A DNA stretch of 62,873 bases, the filler included, from Phoronis australis (Eukaryota; Animalia; Phoronida): assembly GCA_002633005.1 (NCBI GenBank). It is 9 parts of 9 records of this genome, joined end to end, with 100 filler letters (N's around TTAATTAATTAA, not from the genome) between each part and the next. Parts side by side here need not be neighbours in the genome. Positions count along the whole stretch, not along the records: positions 1 to 23,172 come from NMRA01001313.1; 8 more parts are not named here. One strand, 5' to 3'. The position numbers and the translations under genes were made by a program. The first letter of the stretch is position 1, and every line of letters begins with the position of its first letter. This document shows, piece by piece, positions 1 to 12,746 of this stretch. The notes below the pieces were generated by a model, which saw only the letters and a list, made by a program, of their open reading frames with translations, ran no database searches and had not been told where the DNA came from.

Positions 1-1678
1 GCCACTGTTTGGACGGAAGCCAGCCAGGGCCATTCCACCATAGTCGTGAGTGTTTCAAATTAGCAAACGTAATGCCCCTTGTGATAAGATCAGCGGGATT
101 ATCATTGGTAGGGCAATACATCCATGTGGCCTGTGATGTTTTAGCATTAATTTCTTGAACACGGTTTTGAACAAACACAGGGAGTCGCTTATTAGAGTTC
201 AGCCAGTGTAATACAATTTGACTGTCTGACCATAGGAACACATTGTCCACTGAGATGACATCTTTGAATGCTGACAAAACATAGTCCATCAGGCGGGAGC
301 CAATCAAGGCTGCTAATAGTTCAAGTTGCGGTAATGTACGCTTGCACTTGAGAGGTGATGCTCTAGATTTGGACATGATTAACGATGTCTGCCCCATACA
401 CTGGAGGTAGATACAGCACCCATATGCTCTGGTGCTGGCATCACAAAACACATGCAGATCGACATTTTTGACACAGTCAATACCCGGGAAATATTGTCTT
501 GGAAGCGTTAGCTGGGAGCAGTCATGGAGGGCGGAAGCAATTACAGACCAGTCGTCATGCAATTGACTGCTCAGGGGTTCATCCCACTCACTGTTATTTG
601 CCCAAAGTTGTTGAATGAATAATTTGGCTCGCACTGCCACAGGGTTTACAAGGCCTAGAGGGTCAAACAATTTAGCTGCAGTGCTAACAATTTCACGTTT
701 AGTGTAAACATGTACTGAGGGTCTGTTATGGTTAGACTGAGTGGGGTCATGTGCCAGTAGGTTTATATGATCTGTTGTGGTGTCCCAGTTGATGCCCAGT
801 ACTTTGATATTTGTTGAGGCATCAGCCACGTTCTGTTTTGAGGCTGTGTCACTGAGAGACTGGGTTGAGGAAGCCCATGATCTTAAGTTAAATCCGGCTT
901 CTTTCATGATAGCACGACTTTTGTGAAAATATTCCTGTGCTTGGTCATTGGTGGGACAACTTGTAATTACATTGTCGACATAACAGTTGTGTTTGATATC
1001 TGTAGCTACAGGGTCATCTTCATAGTTATCGAGGTGGTGCTGCACTATGGCATTGAGAATGAACGGTGAGCAGACAGCTCCGAACAAAACAGTGCGGAAA
1101 CGGTAGACTATGAAGTCACTGTCAGAGTCATTGGGGTCTGAGAGCCATAGAAATTTGAGGTAATCACGGTCACTGTGGTGGACCTGAATTTGGTGGAAGG
1201 CTTTTTCTATGTCTGCAGATATACCATGTTTATGCAAACGAAACCGTAATAGAATGGCGCAAAGGTCATTGATAAGTGGAGGTCCGACTTGTAAACAATC
1301 ATTGAGTGACGGTCTATTTGGATCGGGTTTACAACTACAGTCGTATACTAAGCGAACAGGTGTTGTTTTGGAGTCGGGTCTAATGACAGGTCGGTGGGGG
1401 ATGAAATGTCCGTGGCGATCACTTGAGGCTGGCTCAATGATACCTTTCGTCAACTGTTGTTCAATGAGGCTTTGGCATTGTCTACGTATTTCGGGGTCCA
1501 AGTGTTTCACCATGGCGCGTGTACGGGAGTAGCAGACGCCATAATTAGTAGGGAGAGGTGGATGATCTGATTTCCATGGCAACTTGACTTCATACTGGTC
1601 AGAGGTTTTCGTGATTGAGTCATAGAACAAATTTAGATTGTCGTCTTTAGCGGTTTCATCTTGTTTAATGCCAATGTC
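1..1678 (-). CDS. BEL/Pao pol continuation (RT, RNase H), open to window edge
   Basis: Second copy of the RT region, then WDEPL, HVFCDAS..AYG, TLPQLELLAA, WSDSQIVLHW, NPADLITRG motifs. Confidence 0.85.
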
Positions 1679-2748
1679 NGTTGAATGAATAATTTGGCTC
1701 GCACTGCTACAGGGTTTACAAGGCCTAGAGGGTCAAACAATTTAGCTGCAGTGCTAACAATTTCACGTTTAGTGTAAACATGTACTGAGGGTCTGTTATG
1801 GTCAGACTTAGTGGGGTCATGTGCCAGTAGGTTTACATGATCTGTTGTGGTGTCCCAGTTAATGCCCAGTACTTTGATATTTGTTGAGGCATCAGCCACG
1901 TTCTGTTTTGAGGCTGTGTCATTGAGAGACTGGGTTGAGGAAGCCCATGATCTTAAGTTAAATCCAGCTTCTTTCATGATAGCACGACTTTTGTGAAAAT
2001 ATTCATGTGCTTGGTCATAGGTGGGACAACTTGTAATTACATTGTCGACATAACAGTTGTGTTTGATATCTGTAGCTACAGGGTCATCTTCATAGTTATC
2101 GAGGTGGTGCTGCACTATGGCATTGAGAATGAACGGTGAGCATACAGCTCCGAACAAAACAGTGCGGAAACGGTAGACTACGAAGTCACTGTCAGGGTCA
2201 TTGGGGTCTGAGAGCCATAGAAATTTGAGGTAATCACGGTCACTGTGGTGGACCTGAATTTGGTGGAAGGCTTTTTCTATGTCTGCAGATATACCATGTT
2301 TATGTAAAGGAAACCGTAATAGAATGGCGCAAAGGTCATTGATAAGTGGAGGTCCGACTTGTAAACAATCATTGAGTGACGGTCTATTTGGATCGGGTTT
2401 ACAACTACAGTCGTATACTAAGCGAACAGGTGTTGTTTTGGAGTCGGGTCTGATGACAGGTCGGTGGGGGATGAAATGTCCGTTGCGATCACTTGAGGCT
2501 GGCTCAATGATACCTTTCGTCAACTGTTGCTCAATGAGGCTTTGGCATTGTCTACGTATTTCGGGGTCCAAGTGTTCAACCATGGCGCGTGTACGGGAGT
2601 AGCAGACGCCATAATTAGTAGGGAGAGGTGGATGATCTGATTTCCATGGCAACTTGACTTCATACTGGTCTGAGGTTTTCGTGATTGAGTCATAGAACAA
2701 ATTTAGATTGTCGTCTTTAGCGGTGTCATCTTGTTTAATGCCAATGTC
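610..2748. repeat. Near-identical 1069-bp direct duplication (610-1678 and 1680-2748) around a single n
   Basis: Exact offset of 1070 with scattered substitutions. Confidence 0.95.
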
Positions 2749-3846
2749 CTCTAATTTCCAATACCTTTCTAGATTGGGCGGATTTGTCTGTGTGGACAGG
2801 GAATTGACTGAGGTTTGAGGGTTATCTGTGTTGGAGTTGAGGGGGCCCGAAATGAGGTATCCTAGGGAGGAGCTTACGGCTACTGGCCCGGTGCCGCGTA
2901 CTACTTTGTCATGCACAAAGTTCCAATATTGGTCAGCACCAATGAGTACATTGACCTCGAAGGAGCCATCTTGAGATGGGCTGTGCGCAAGACGGAGACC
3001 CTTGAGGTGTCTACATTGCCTGAGGCTTGACACATCGATTTGTAATGGGGTGGTTACCTGAGGTACTACGACTACTTCAACGGGTTTACAGTCACCATTG
3101 AGGGTCGACACGAATACGGTGGTGACGTCATAGGTCTGGGTAGACTGGGAGGTTGCCCCGAATGTGTTTACACGAATGTCTTCCGTGTGCGTGGGCTTCA
3201 AATTCAACTGGAAGGCCAGTGCGGATGTGATGAAGGATCGTTGTGCACCTTCATCAAACAAAATGTTGGTCGTAGCAGGTGGGGACTTTCCGTTGCTAAC
3301 GGATGCGATGGCGGTCTTCAGCAGTACTATGGTGTTAGAGGAGTTAATGTGCGTGACATTTGTTTCCACGCGTTCTGCGGACGGTGCTTGGATCGGCTGC
3401 TGTCTTGAGGGTTCTACAGCAGTAGTGGGAGGACTGGGTGGCGTAACGGTTGAGGTGTGATTTGCGGACACCTGGATCTGGTCATGCTTGGGTTGCCGGC
3501 ACAAACTTGTATGGTGTTTACCCTTGCACTGGCGGCAAGTGTTGCGGGATTTGCAAGCAGCCACCCTGTGGTTGCCCAAACAATTGAAACAAGCTTTATT
3601 TTGTTTAACCTTGGTCAATCGTGCATCATAGGTCTTATGGGTCGGGCAGTGAGTGGGTGGGTGATCCCCCGAACAATAAAAGCATGACTTACCCCGTGCT
3701 GTAGCTTGCCTGTGAAACGACCGTGCGGCGGTAGCGAAGGCTGCTGTCGGGTACGCCTGGAACGTGTCCTCCGTTGGTCCATTATTACCAGCTTTGCAAA
3801 TCTTCATTTCAGTCTTTAATAGCGACCTCAGGGTGGCCAGCGGCAT
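1680..3846 (-). CDS. BEL/Pao gag(C-terminal)-protease-RT polyprotein
   Basis: 737-aa ORF with the motifs above; the portion beyond the n at 1679 is an artefactual read-through into the duplicated segment. Confidence 0.92.
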
Positions 3847-4147
3847 GTTGATATCGCCTTGGTTCAGGTTCGGGAATGAGAGCTATGGCCAGCTCAATGT
3901 CCGTGATGTAGTGTTCATCAGCGTCAATTTCGGCTTCCATATCACTCGGCGGTAGGAGGGGGTGCAGTTCGCCGTTGATGTTGATGACAGTCTGCAGTTT
4001 TTCGGCGATGAGATGTGAAATCGCACGAGCTTTTGGATGGTCACCTTCATGCAGTGCTGTATCCAACTTGTGCCTAAGTTGCGTTATTTGTCCTTTCTGT
4101 GCCCCTCTCTTGACTCTGAGGAGTTTGATCTTCTCTGCCTTGTCCAT
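3809..4147 (-). CDS. N-terminal coiled-coil part of BEL gag, out of frame with the rest
   Basis: ATG directly after PBS; helical MDKAEKIKLLRVKRGAQKGQIT... typical of BEL gag N-termini. Confidence 0.75.
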   Translation of the reverse strand: MDKAEKIKLLRVKRGAQKGQITQLRHKLDTALHEGDHPKARAISHLIAEKLQTVININGELHPLLPPSDMEAEIDADEHYITDIELAIALIPEPEPRRYQHAAGHPEVAIKD

Positions 4148-4160
4148 GGTCACGGCACCA
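4148..4160 (-). promoter_or_regulatory. Primer binding site complementary to tRNA-His 3' end
   Basis: Minus strand TGGTGCCGTGACC, 3 nt after an LTR-like CA end. Confidence 0.8.
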
Positions 4161-4163
4161 AAA

Positions 4164-4460
4164 TGTGGGATCCAAAATGTGGGGTATTAGCGGGTTAACT
4201 AGATGAGGTGGCTCGATGTCCTGAGCAGAGAGCTGATAGAGAGCGTCTTACTGCTTCGATATATTTAATCAAACTGAGTTCTACACGATACATACATCTG
4301 TTAAGTTCCAAGAAATGATTCATGCCCAAATACATATACATTGTGGTTAAGAGAGGAAGAGAGGATGGGTTACAAAGAAAGACTGAACACACACAGAGTG
4401 AAAGTTGCATAATAAATAATAGTTCCTAGTATACATTCTTGAGGTTTAGAAAATCACACA
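4164..4460 (-). repeat. Putative 5' LTR (~295 bp)
   Basis: TGTG...CACA termini, ATTAAA on minus strand near 4265; outer boundary inferred because no second LTR is in the window. Confidence 0.5.
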
Positions 4461-5185
4461 AAACAGGAAACCTGAATTAAGCATTGGACGTCAAGTCTGT
4501 CATTAAAAACAATAAAATGTAAACGATTTTATAATTGATTATAAACATCCCTAAACCATAGCTAGGAGTATTGTGCACAAGCAATCTAGACGTATTGCAA
4601 TTCTTTCGAAAGCTTACACCTACCTCAAAACATATCCACATAATCAAGCACCACCGGAGCTCTAATACGATACCAAAAACATGTACCTAGGACAAATAAT
4701 ATATTTTTAACACTAGGTCAATGGGAATGGTGTAGAGTTGCTTTATTAGCATTAAAAGCCTTTCATCAGCTCCTGATGGAGTATGATAATACAATAAGCA
4801 AAATATACACTTAATTTACTTCATACATAATATTCGTATCGCATACCTGTCAACTACAGCATTCGTTCAAATCTCAGTTGACAAGCAGACCATCAGAAAT
4901 TAACAATCAGTACCGACTATCATGTGAAATCTCGGGGTCGCAAGCTCAAACAACGGGATACATATGCCACATGCAGGATTTGGCCTTCCAAGTCTAGAGT
5001 TCTATCCATTTAACAGCTGCAAGATTTCAACCACGCCCTTGCCACCAAGGACAGTCCAGTGACTCCCTTAATGTTGCATTGTGAAAAGAATTGGATTCAA
5101 GTAAAATTCAAGTTGAAAATGAGACTACCGCCTTTTTTTGTCAATTACCTATTTTTTATATGAAATTTTCAGAAACTCTCACAAC

Positions 5186-5794
5186 ATGCCATCTGAACGA
5201 GCAAACGTCATATGGCGTGTAGTGGCCATCATTGCCGTTATCACTGCCGTCGCGTTGGCGATTGCACTTGGCGTTGTTTCGCACCAAGGGAAATCAAGTT
5301 CAGCAAAAGAGCCAATCGTGCAAGGAGGTCCATCCTGCAGCCACGACCTTCCGACCACCCCTCGTGACCTTGCAAACCCCAGCACCTTTGATGATCTAAC
5401 CGTCGACGAGCTGGTGAGAGTTCGTGACTACATAAACCAGGCGCTGAATCTGCTACCATTTGATGTTGTCAAGCAAACGAGAAACCTTTCATCTGGTTAC
5501 ATCTCGTCTATTGACCTTCATCTTCCAAAAAAGTCGGAAGCGTTAAACTACATCGACTCCAATGGTCCAAAGCCGAGAAGAGAGGCGTTGGTTATCGTCG
5601 TGCGGGGTGATCTTTCTCCGCCTCGTCTTGAGGAGTACATCGTTGGACCTTTGCCTAATCCAAACACGCACACATTATACAAGAACCCTTCCTACAGGAG
5701 AGACCCTCTTCCTTATGAATCGAAGTTCATTGACGCAGCAGAAGTGTCTTCCCTGAATATGATGATAAAAGAAATTTCAGAGAAATTGTACAAG
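5186..5794 (+). CDS. Copper-containing amine oxidase (AOC1/AOC3-like), first coding exon
   Basis: N-terminal signal-anchor, FDDLTVDELVRV, IDLHLPKKSEALNYID..GPKPRREA, EEYIVGPLP (N2 domain); acceptor ttttcag at 5172, donor AAG|gtttgt at 5794. Confidence 0.88.
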
Positions 5795-5899
5795 GTTTGT
5801 TAACAGTCGGAGCAATTTAATGTGTGAAGTAACGTCTCGTGCTTTTCTTTCTTGTATGAATGGCCGCAACATACCGAATGAATGGCCAATAAATGAGGA

Positions 5900-6110
5900 T
5901 CAGTGAGTTACTGAAAGATTAACTGGGTGAGTGAGGGCGGTACGATGAGTGAGTGAATGGTCATACGTAAGTGATTATCAGTGAGTCAATGTTCATGAGT
6001 GAGCGATCGTAAGTGAGTAAGTGAGTGACTGCGTGAGTGAGATTTGGTGAGTGAGTGGCTAACTAAGGTAGTTAATGAGGGGATTAATGAGTAAAAAAAT
6101 GAACAAGTGA
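5900..6110. repeat. Degenerate (GTGA)n microsatellite
   Basis: Many gtga/gagt units. Confidence 0.75.
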
Positions 6111-6931
6111 TGGGCAATGAAGCTAGTGATAGAACCGAGAGGCAAGGTGACNATGGGGTACAGTATAATCGAAAGACACAGAATATGTTCACGATAATTT
6201 CTAAAAATGGATTGCTTTTGTGCTAATTGAAACAAATGACATTATGGCTTGAGAGGTATTCTGCCGGTATTTATTATCTATGAAATATATGTGCACACTA
6301 TTAACCTACTTAACTAAAGTTCCTCAGATGAATAAAAAATGAGTACCTAAGAAAATTAACACGATGCTGCGGAAAGACTGTGAAGATGACGAACAAATGG
6401 ATACATGTACCTTATTCAAATACAGGTTTAGGGAGGTTCAGATAGATGTCCCTGAAAATATTGATTTAGTCATATTAAAGTAAAGATTTATGGAATGGAG
6501 GATCTCAGAGCAGAACTCCAGCAAGTTTTCATGTTAGTGTATCATCAAACCAGATTAATCTTGTGAAGATTTTGTTTATTCCCTACCACCAACTGTACGT
6601 AGAATACTAGCCAAAGTCAGGTGGTCTGGACATCAACTGAACAAACTGGTAGGCACCATGAAATTTCAAAGGAGGGGAGGATTTGCAAAATCAGCAACTC
6701 TTGAGAAAATGGAAACACAAATACATTTATCACTTAACTTTCCTGTACTAAACGATGTTACATCATTTTTTAAAAGAATCGATTTCGGAAACTCCAAATA
6801 TATATATTCAAAACAAATTCCAGCGACCTTTTAAACATGTGTAAATGTTTTGAGCATTTGGTAATGAAATTGACCTCTATAGCAACCATTGCAAGGTATC
6901 ATGTACAAATGATATTAGCTCCAAGTACAAA

Positions 6932-6935
<4 letters not shown>

Positions 6936-6984
<49 letters not shown>
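6936..6984. repeat. (TC)n microsatellite
   Basis: Perfect dinucleotide run ending at an n. Confidence 0.98.
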
Positions 6985-7199
6985 NAAATCTCAAAGAGCC
7001 AAAGTTACAGCTGAAGCAGTTTGCTCAGTAAACACAATACGGTCTGCGAAAACATTTTACGTAAATGCAACAAATATCATCATGCAGTCTTAACACGGAT
7101 CATGGATATAAGGTACACATTTTCAGCAGCATGACGTGTTTTGAAGTTCTTGCGTGTTTCTGACAGTATTTTGTATTTGGTGACTGAAGCCATATGTAT

Positions 7200-8060
7200 G
7201 TGTTATACTTGTGGTAGCTCGAGTGTATGAACTAAATCATTTTGGAAATCCTCTTTGGTTTTTTGACTGGGGTCGTGTTTGTACTTAGAAAATAACCCAA
7301 GGGTCCATTTTTTCACGGAGTCATTATTCAATGCGACGCAGGCATAAATCACATGGAATCAATTTTGTGGTACCTCGTATGAGCTTGGTTATTTTTGAGG
7401 GTGTCCTATTGGGGTATCTGGCGAATACTTAGTTGATAGCAGGTCATTAGGTGTTCAGTTCCACACGATTATTCGTTTGAAATAAGTGTGGACCGGTAAC
7501 TCGAAAATATAATCTAGATCAAATGTTCAGTGGTGAGGTTTTTTTGGGGGTTGGTGAGTTTAACCCAAAGTTTATTTGGTTTGTCTTAGGCCATTAAGGA
7601 ACCAGTGGCGTGTATTGAATGACTCGGAATTGTTTGTGTGATACCTCGAATATATGTGCTAGCTTATTGCGTCGGGATTCTTTTGGGGTTTCTGGCAAAC
7701 CCTTTTCAGAGTGGAGTTTGTTTCCCATTTGAAAGTCGGTGCTCTATGCAGCACCATTGTTCAACTTAGATTATTTTTGACCGGTACCTCACATATCTAT
7801 AATAGCTAAAATTTTAGTGGCATGCCGTTTTTGTTATTTGTAGAGGTTTCTGGCTGGCACAACCCAAGGTGTACTTTATTTCTCACGGGCAAATTAGTGG
7901 TCAGTGGCATACATTAAATCCTATGTTGTTTTGTGTGGTACCTCGGATGTGTTACCTATTCCATTTGAAGACGTCCTATTCTGACAGAATTTTTCGAAGT
8001 AGAAATTATCTGTCATGGGTCATTCGGTGTTCAGAACTCGTTTCTAGACAATTTTGGCCA
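7200..8060. repeat. Diverged tandem array of ~130-150 bp units
   Basis: Recurring gtacctcg-like and aacccaag motifs at about 7216, 7371, 7497, 7641, 7785, 7939. Confidence 0.5.
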
Positions 8061-9032
8061 ATACATCGAGGATCTAGTCTATCTGATTTTCACCAATTTC
8101 TGGAGTCTCCCGGAGTCACACCCAGAAAGTATAAAGCGAGGAACGAAACGGGAGGGGCTCGTTGTTAGAGAACGGTCCGAGCTTGCGAGTGGGCGATGTT
8201 GATGTTTCGTAATCTAGAAGGCGACTAGGCCAACTTCTGTTCAAATACTAGTGCGTGTAGCAAGGAATCAAACGAAATTTCTATAGAAGCGGGTAGTGGG
8301 CTTTTTATGCAACGCAGCAGTACATGTACATCTCTCGAAATTCATCAGAATCCTAAACACTGACCATTAATTGTCTATTGTATACTCACTGTTTTTACAA
8401 TCTTCTCTCTGGACTTCGAAATCCGTTGCTCTTCTAACAGTGCACCCAACTTCCTCAGAAATTATTGCACATCCTTGTTCTTAGTAACCGCTGCATTCCA
8501 CAAAAAGAAGACGACGCGATCGGCGCCTGCAGCGTTTGTGATGCACATCGTCAGCTACTTTACCAGTGACTTGACGAACAATGATATTTTGCGAAATTCC
8601 GGCAAAGGATGACCAATTTCAATTAAAAGTTTTGACAAGGAGAAATCTTAACTATTAGCTGGCCGAATGAGGCGTTAATCTGGTTTTAAAGTATTATGTA
8701 CGCTTCAGCCAACTTGACAAGTAGGCGTCCTGCGTAAGTCGTAAAACTTGGTAGATGTTAGTAGATGTCGAGTAGTTCAAATTCAAAATTTTAAGTTTCC
8801 AGTTTACACACATCGCTGGTGTTCATTTAAAGCGTTTTTATAACTGTATGGTCAAGCATATGGATTCCGAAGTTTGTGCAAAATTTACACTTTTGAATCA
8901 AGCAATTGTGGGATTCGTACCATAGGTTGAAGCGCTGACCCCTACTCAAAAACGCACACATTAATAATCTTGAAGGGAAATGAAGATAGATACTGTTCAT
9001 AAATCTTGCAGGACAAGTATGTTACTACTTAC

Positions 9033-9347
9033 TTGGAAGCTTATCATAGCTCACCATCCATACGTAGTAGTAGCCTTTATCTCCTCCACAATACTGATTT
9101 GTGTTACCGCGGCATTTATGTACTCGACATTTTGTATCTTCATCTTGTTTTTCTTCACCTAGGGCATTCCCACAGTAACACAAGACTTCCCACGCCACAC
9201 CGGCGAAAGTGTAATCTCTCTTCCTACATTCTCTGAAGCACTTGTCTTGTGTTAGTCCGTCCCATTCATCATAATATTCTTCCTCGACTTCAAAGTTCAG
9301 CGCTCTTTCAGATAGCCATCTATTATCGTACCAGCAGCCCTGGTAGA
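9033..9347 (-). CDS. WSC carbohydrate-binding domain exon (315 bp, phase 1-1)
   Basis: Manual translation: YQGCWYD...LTQDKCFRECRKRDYTFAGVAWEVLCYCGN...KCRVHKCRGNTNQYCGG; flanked by tgtag acceptor and gtaagt donor; absent from ORF track. Confidence 0.88.
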
Positions 9348-11221
9348 CTACAATAATAATTTAACATAATCTGAACGTTAGCCATTGAGACACATGACAT
9401 GTTAATAAATTTTACCGAGGACAAAAGTAGAAGAGGAATTGAAAGATTTAATTTCTATTTCGATTTCGAGAAGGAAAACTACATCCTGGACCCTGGTAAC
9501 TCATGTTTTTATTGACCGGCTTCTCGCTTGTGCTGTTGTCACATCATACCCGCGCTACACGTGTCATTTTTCGTCCGTCCGTATCAAACGACGTCGCATA
9601 GAGGTCGCAAGGCATTGTTTAACTTGTGACATCCATGCGACTGCGTAACCCCACACCATAGTTAGTATCTATGGGAAACTACCATTGTTTCCCTGCTTGC
9701 GTCTATGTTAGCTATAGGAACACGCGCCGACTGGATATTGCACCATGTGAGCACATCAACCGGCTACCGATAAATGTTTGCCATTATCTTTATTACAACA
9801 AAAAAATACAGTGAACAACGGATGAGCCAATATATCGAGCTCTTTGCTACGTGATTGCGACCTCGGGGAGCCACACATTCATCTTCACGGTTTTCATCTT
9901 GATGGCCATCTTTATTTCCACCTGTTTCGTACTCATTGCCACCTGTGTCGTGTTGTTAACGGTGTCAGCGAACCGCGACGTAACCACACAGAAACGTCCG
10001 TTCCGCCACATATGTAAACTATAAGTATATCCTTTAAACCAAAAAGTTCAGGTATTGGCTATAGTGGTTGTACAGTTAAGGATGGTGTATACACTGGAGA
10101 TTTTTGACATTGTTTTAAAGTTGATATTGTGTAAAACTTTGCTTATTCATTTATGCGTTTGTGATAAAATGAAATTGACTTGAAAAGGGTATATTTATCA
10201 TTATAATCACATCACTGAAATTGCCTTTCCCCATAGATCTGCTCTTGGAGTTTAAATGGTAGATAACTGTAGGAATCTGGGAGTTACATGTAAGTTCACA
10301 AATTTACCAAACTTCACAACACCATACCAATAGTCCAGTCATTCTAGGGCTCCAGAGGGTCCAATCTAGAAAAAAATGCAACAGAATGTTTTTTGCATAA
10401 ATGGCATCTTCAAATATCCCTTGGTGCCAGAAAAAAGTCTACCGAAATCGGAGTGGCGGAAGTCGGTTTTTCAAGATGGCGGAAAATGACTGCCAAAACC
10501 GCTGTTTACTGCTTTCTGGCATGTTACTCATATGTGTCAGCTGGAAATAAAACAATAAAAGTTATCATTGATTCTATACTTTTCATAAAGGCAAACGAAA
10601 CAAAAGATGCCGATTTTCCGTAAAATAAAACCACTATGGCCGACAAAATGGCGGCCGAAACGGCAGTTTGGAACATGTTGCAAGATTCCTCTTTATGTTT
10701 TGACCTGAAAATGGCAAAATTTGTATTTTTTGTAAGTAAAAATACTGAAAATATCTGGACCTTACAATTGGTAACTCGTTGGAGAGAAAAAATCAAGATG
10801 GCTGACAACATGGCCGCCAAAATGACCGCCAATTCACAAAACCCGAATTTACCGCATTTACGTTCTACAAACTTTGTTTGTAACCTGATATGTGTTTACA
10901 CAAAAACATTTCACAATCTACAGTCATGGTTAATGAGTATCAAAATAATATTTGTTAGAAAAATATGTAATTCTGGTGGAGTTATTGGCTTATTCATTAC
11001 ACGAACCTTGAATAAAATTGGGTAGGAAGTGTCTTGTTCCCTGCTATTGGAGTTATTATTAGTTGTTCCCAAGCATGTGTTGAGAACGTGGTTGTAGATT
11101 TCACTTGAATTTGATGAAAAGGAAATGAAATTGTGTTACAAAAAATTAATAATTAAATTTTAACATTTAGTACTCACAATTTGTTTAATATGCATGCTTT
11201 TATGAACATACATGTAGGTAA

Positions 11222-11520
11222 CTGATTTTAGAGGAAATTGGTGGCAGCAAACCAAACGACAGTGATCTGCAGTCACTTGTTCTGAGCCAGGCTTGGCAGA
11301 TTTCATACTCAAATAAGCTTTCTGGGTTGTATTGGAACCGTAATATCAAGCCCCGGTCTTCAAGAAGTTCTTGAGACGGTACATGCATAAAACAGTGTGA
11401 TGCATATGTTAATTGGAAAAAGTGTGGATAGAGCAGCGAGGAGGCACATGTTGGTGGACTCGGCAGTGAATGCTATCATCACAGCCAGAGCATTCAACAT
11501 CCCACTTCCAAATATTGACA
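11222..11520 (+). pseudogene. Degenerate DNA-transposase fragment, Academ-like
   Basis: RLGRFHTQISFLGCIG...GLQEVLETVHA*NSVMHMLIGKSVDRAARRHMLVD with a frameshift and a stop; superfamily assignment from motif recall. Confidence 0.6.
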
Positions 11521-12695
11521 GATCAAGTAACGCCAATCCAGAATCAATGAAAAATGTTCCGATTCTTCAGAAATTCCAAGAGTTTCGAATGTCACCAACA
11601 CAGGACACACAGATTTCGTGCCAAGAGGTCGAGCAATTCAATGCTTGTATACAAATGTTTGCTCGTCAAAGTATAGGGACAGATTTTTCAGACATCCCAA
11701 CATCACATAACTAGATGTAGGCCTATACGCATTTTGTTAATTGTTACATTATATTTACGGTCTTTTAGTGCGTACAAACGGCACACTAATAGTGAATGAT
11801 TTAGCACGACAAATACACAAATGTGAGGTCTGAAAATAGTGAAATTCAGAACCTTCTCCTAAGAAGGCATGAAGGGCTGACTATATCTTTTGTAATTTTT
11901 CGAGGACATCGAGTCCTCTGGAGTTTTCTACATGCCCGTGTTTCCTCGTGTGGGCTGCTTAGATATAAGGGTATAACGTACATGTGCTGCTGGTTTTTCA
12001 GAAGCATGGAGTGTATCTCCACTGAAACAGTTCCAGTCTTACAGTGGAAGTTTAGTGTAGGTGCCGCTTTTGCTTACAAAGGTCATGAACTTACCACATA
12101 ACTAGCAGCTTGAGATCATTAAAAAATTACTCATGTTGCCCCCCCNGTGGTGTCATACTTCACTCAATTTCTCTAACCCCTAATATGATTCATTAGATTG
12201 GATTAGATTGGCTGTAATGTGGTCAATGAATTTTTGAACTTGTATGATAATATGTCAATGCGTCCGTGTGTCAAAAAGCAGGACATTTAGATGGTGTTGC
12301 GTTACGATGGAAACATTTAAAAGCGTGGGACAGACCGCCAAGAGTGATGCAATTGTCAAATATCACGTGCACAGTCAGCAGCACGAATTACTGGATGGGA
12401 TTAAGTCACGTGGTAAACTTTTTATATGTTAAATTGTAATTCATGGGCGCAGGAAAATGCCACGAACAGACAATTAACCTGTATCTCATCAATCCTATTG
12501 CACACATGAAGAATAGAAACAATGGAAAAGTAATAATACAGGCACAAGCTCTCTCTCTCACCCACACAAACACAAACACACGCACACGGGGGCTCGCGCA
12601 CACACACACAAGTAACTCCGATATTTTAGTAGTCCATTTTCGATACATGCAGACATCACGAACAAAGTAACAGCAACAACTAGTGCGATTCTTAC

Positions 12696-12746
12696 CTTGA
12701 AAAGCGCCTTTGACAGTCTGAACCTGGACGCTGCATAGGACAAAAC
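12696..12746 (-). CDS. Possible 51-bp upstream exon of the WSC gene (signal-peptide end)
   Basis: ttttacag acceptor, AAG|gtaaga donor, phase 1-1, encodes FVLCSVQVQTVKGAFQ and splices in frame to the WSC exon. Confidence 0.45.

Larger units (their letters stand above)
1..4460 (-). mobile_element. BEL/Pao LTR retrotransposon (5' LTR, PBS, gag-PR-RT-RNaseH; integrase runs off the window)
   Basis: Three Cys/His knuckles (CFYC..H....C, CFNCLGNH, CRQCKGKHHTSLC), protease ILFDEGAQRSFI, RT motifs ADIEKAF and YVDN (BEL-typical), Pao segment KLFDPLG, RNase H LHVFCDASTRAYG near 420-460. Confidence 0.95.

Noticed and set aside
1209-2602. Twin 107-aa plus-strand ORFs
   Set aside because: Antisense shadows of the duplicated RT region
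8120-8530. Candidate downstream exons of the WSC gene
   Set aside because: Splice phases and stops could not be reconciled
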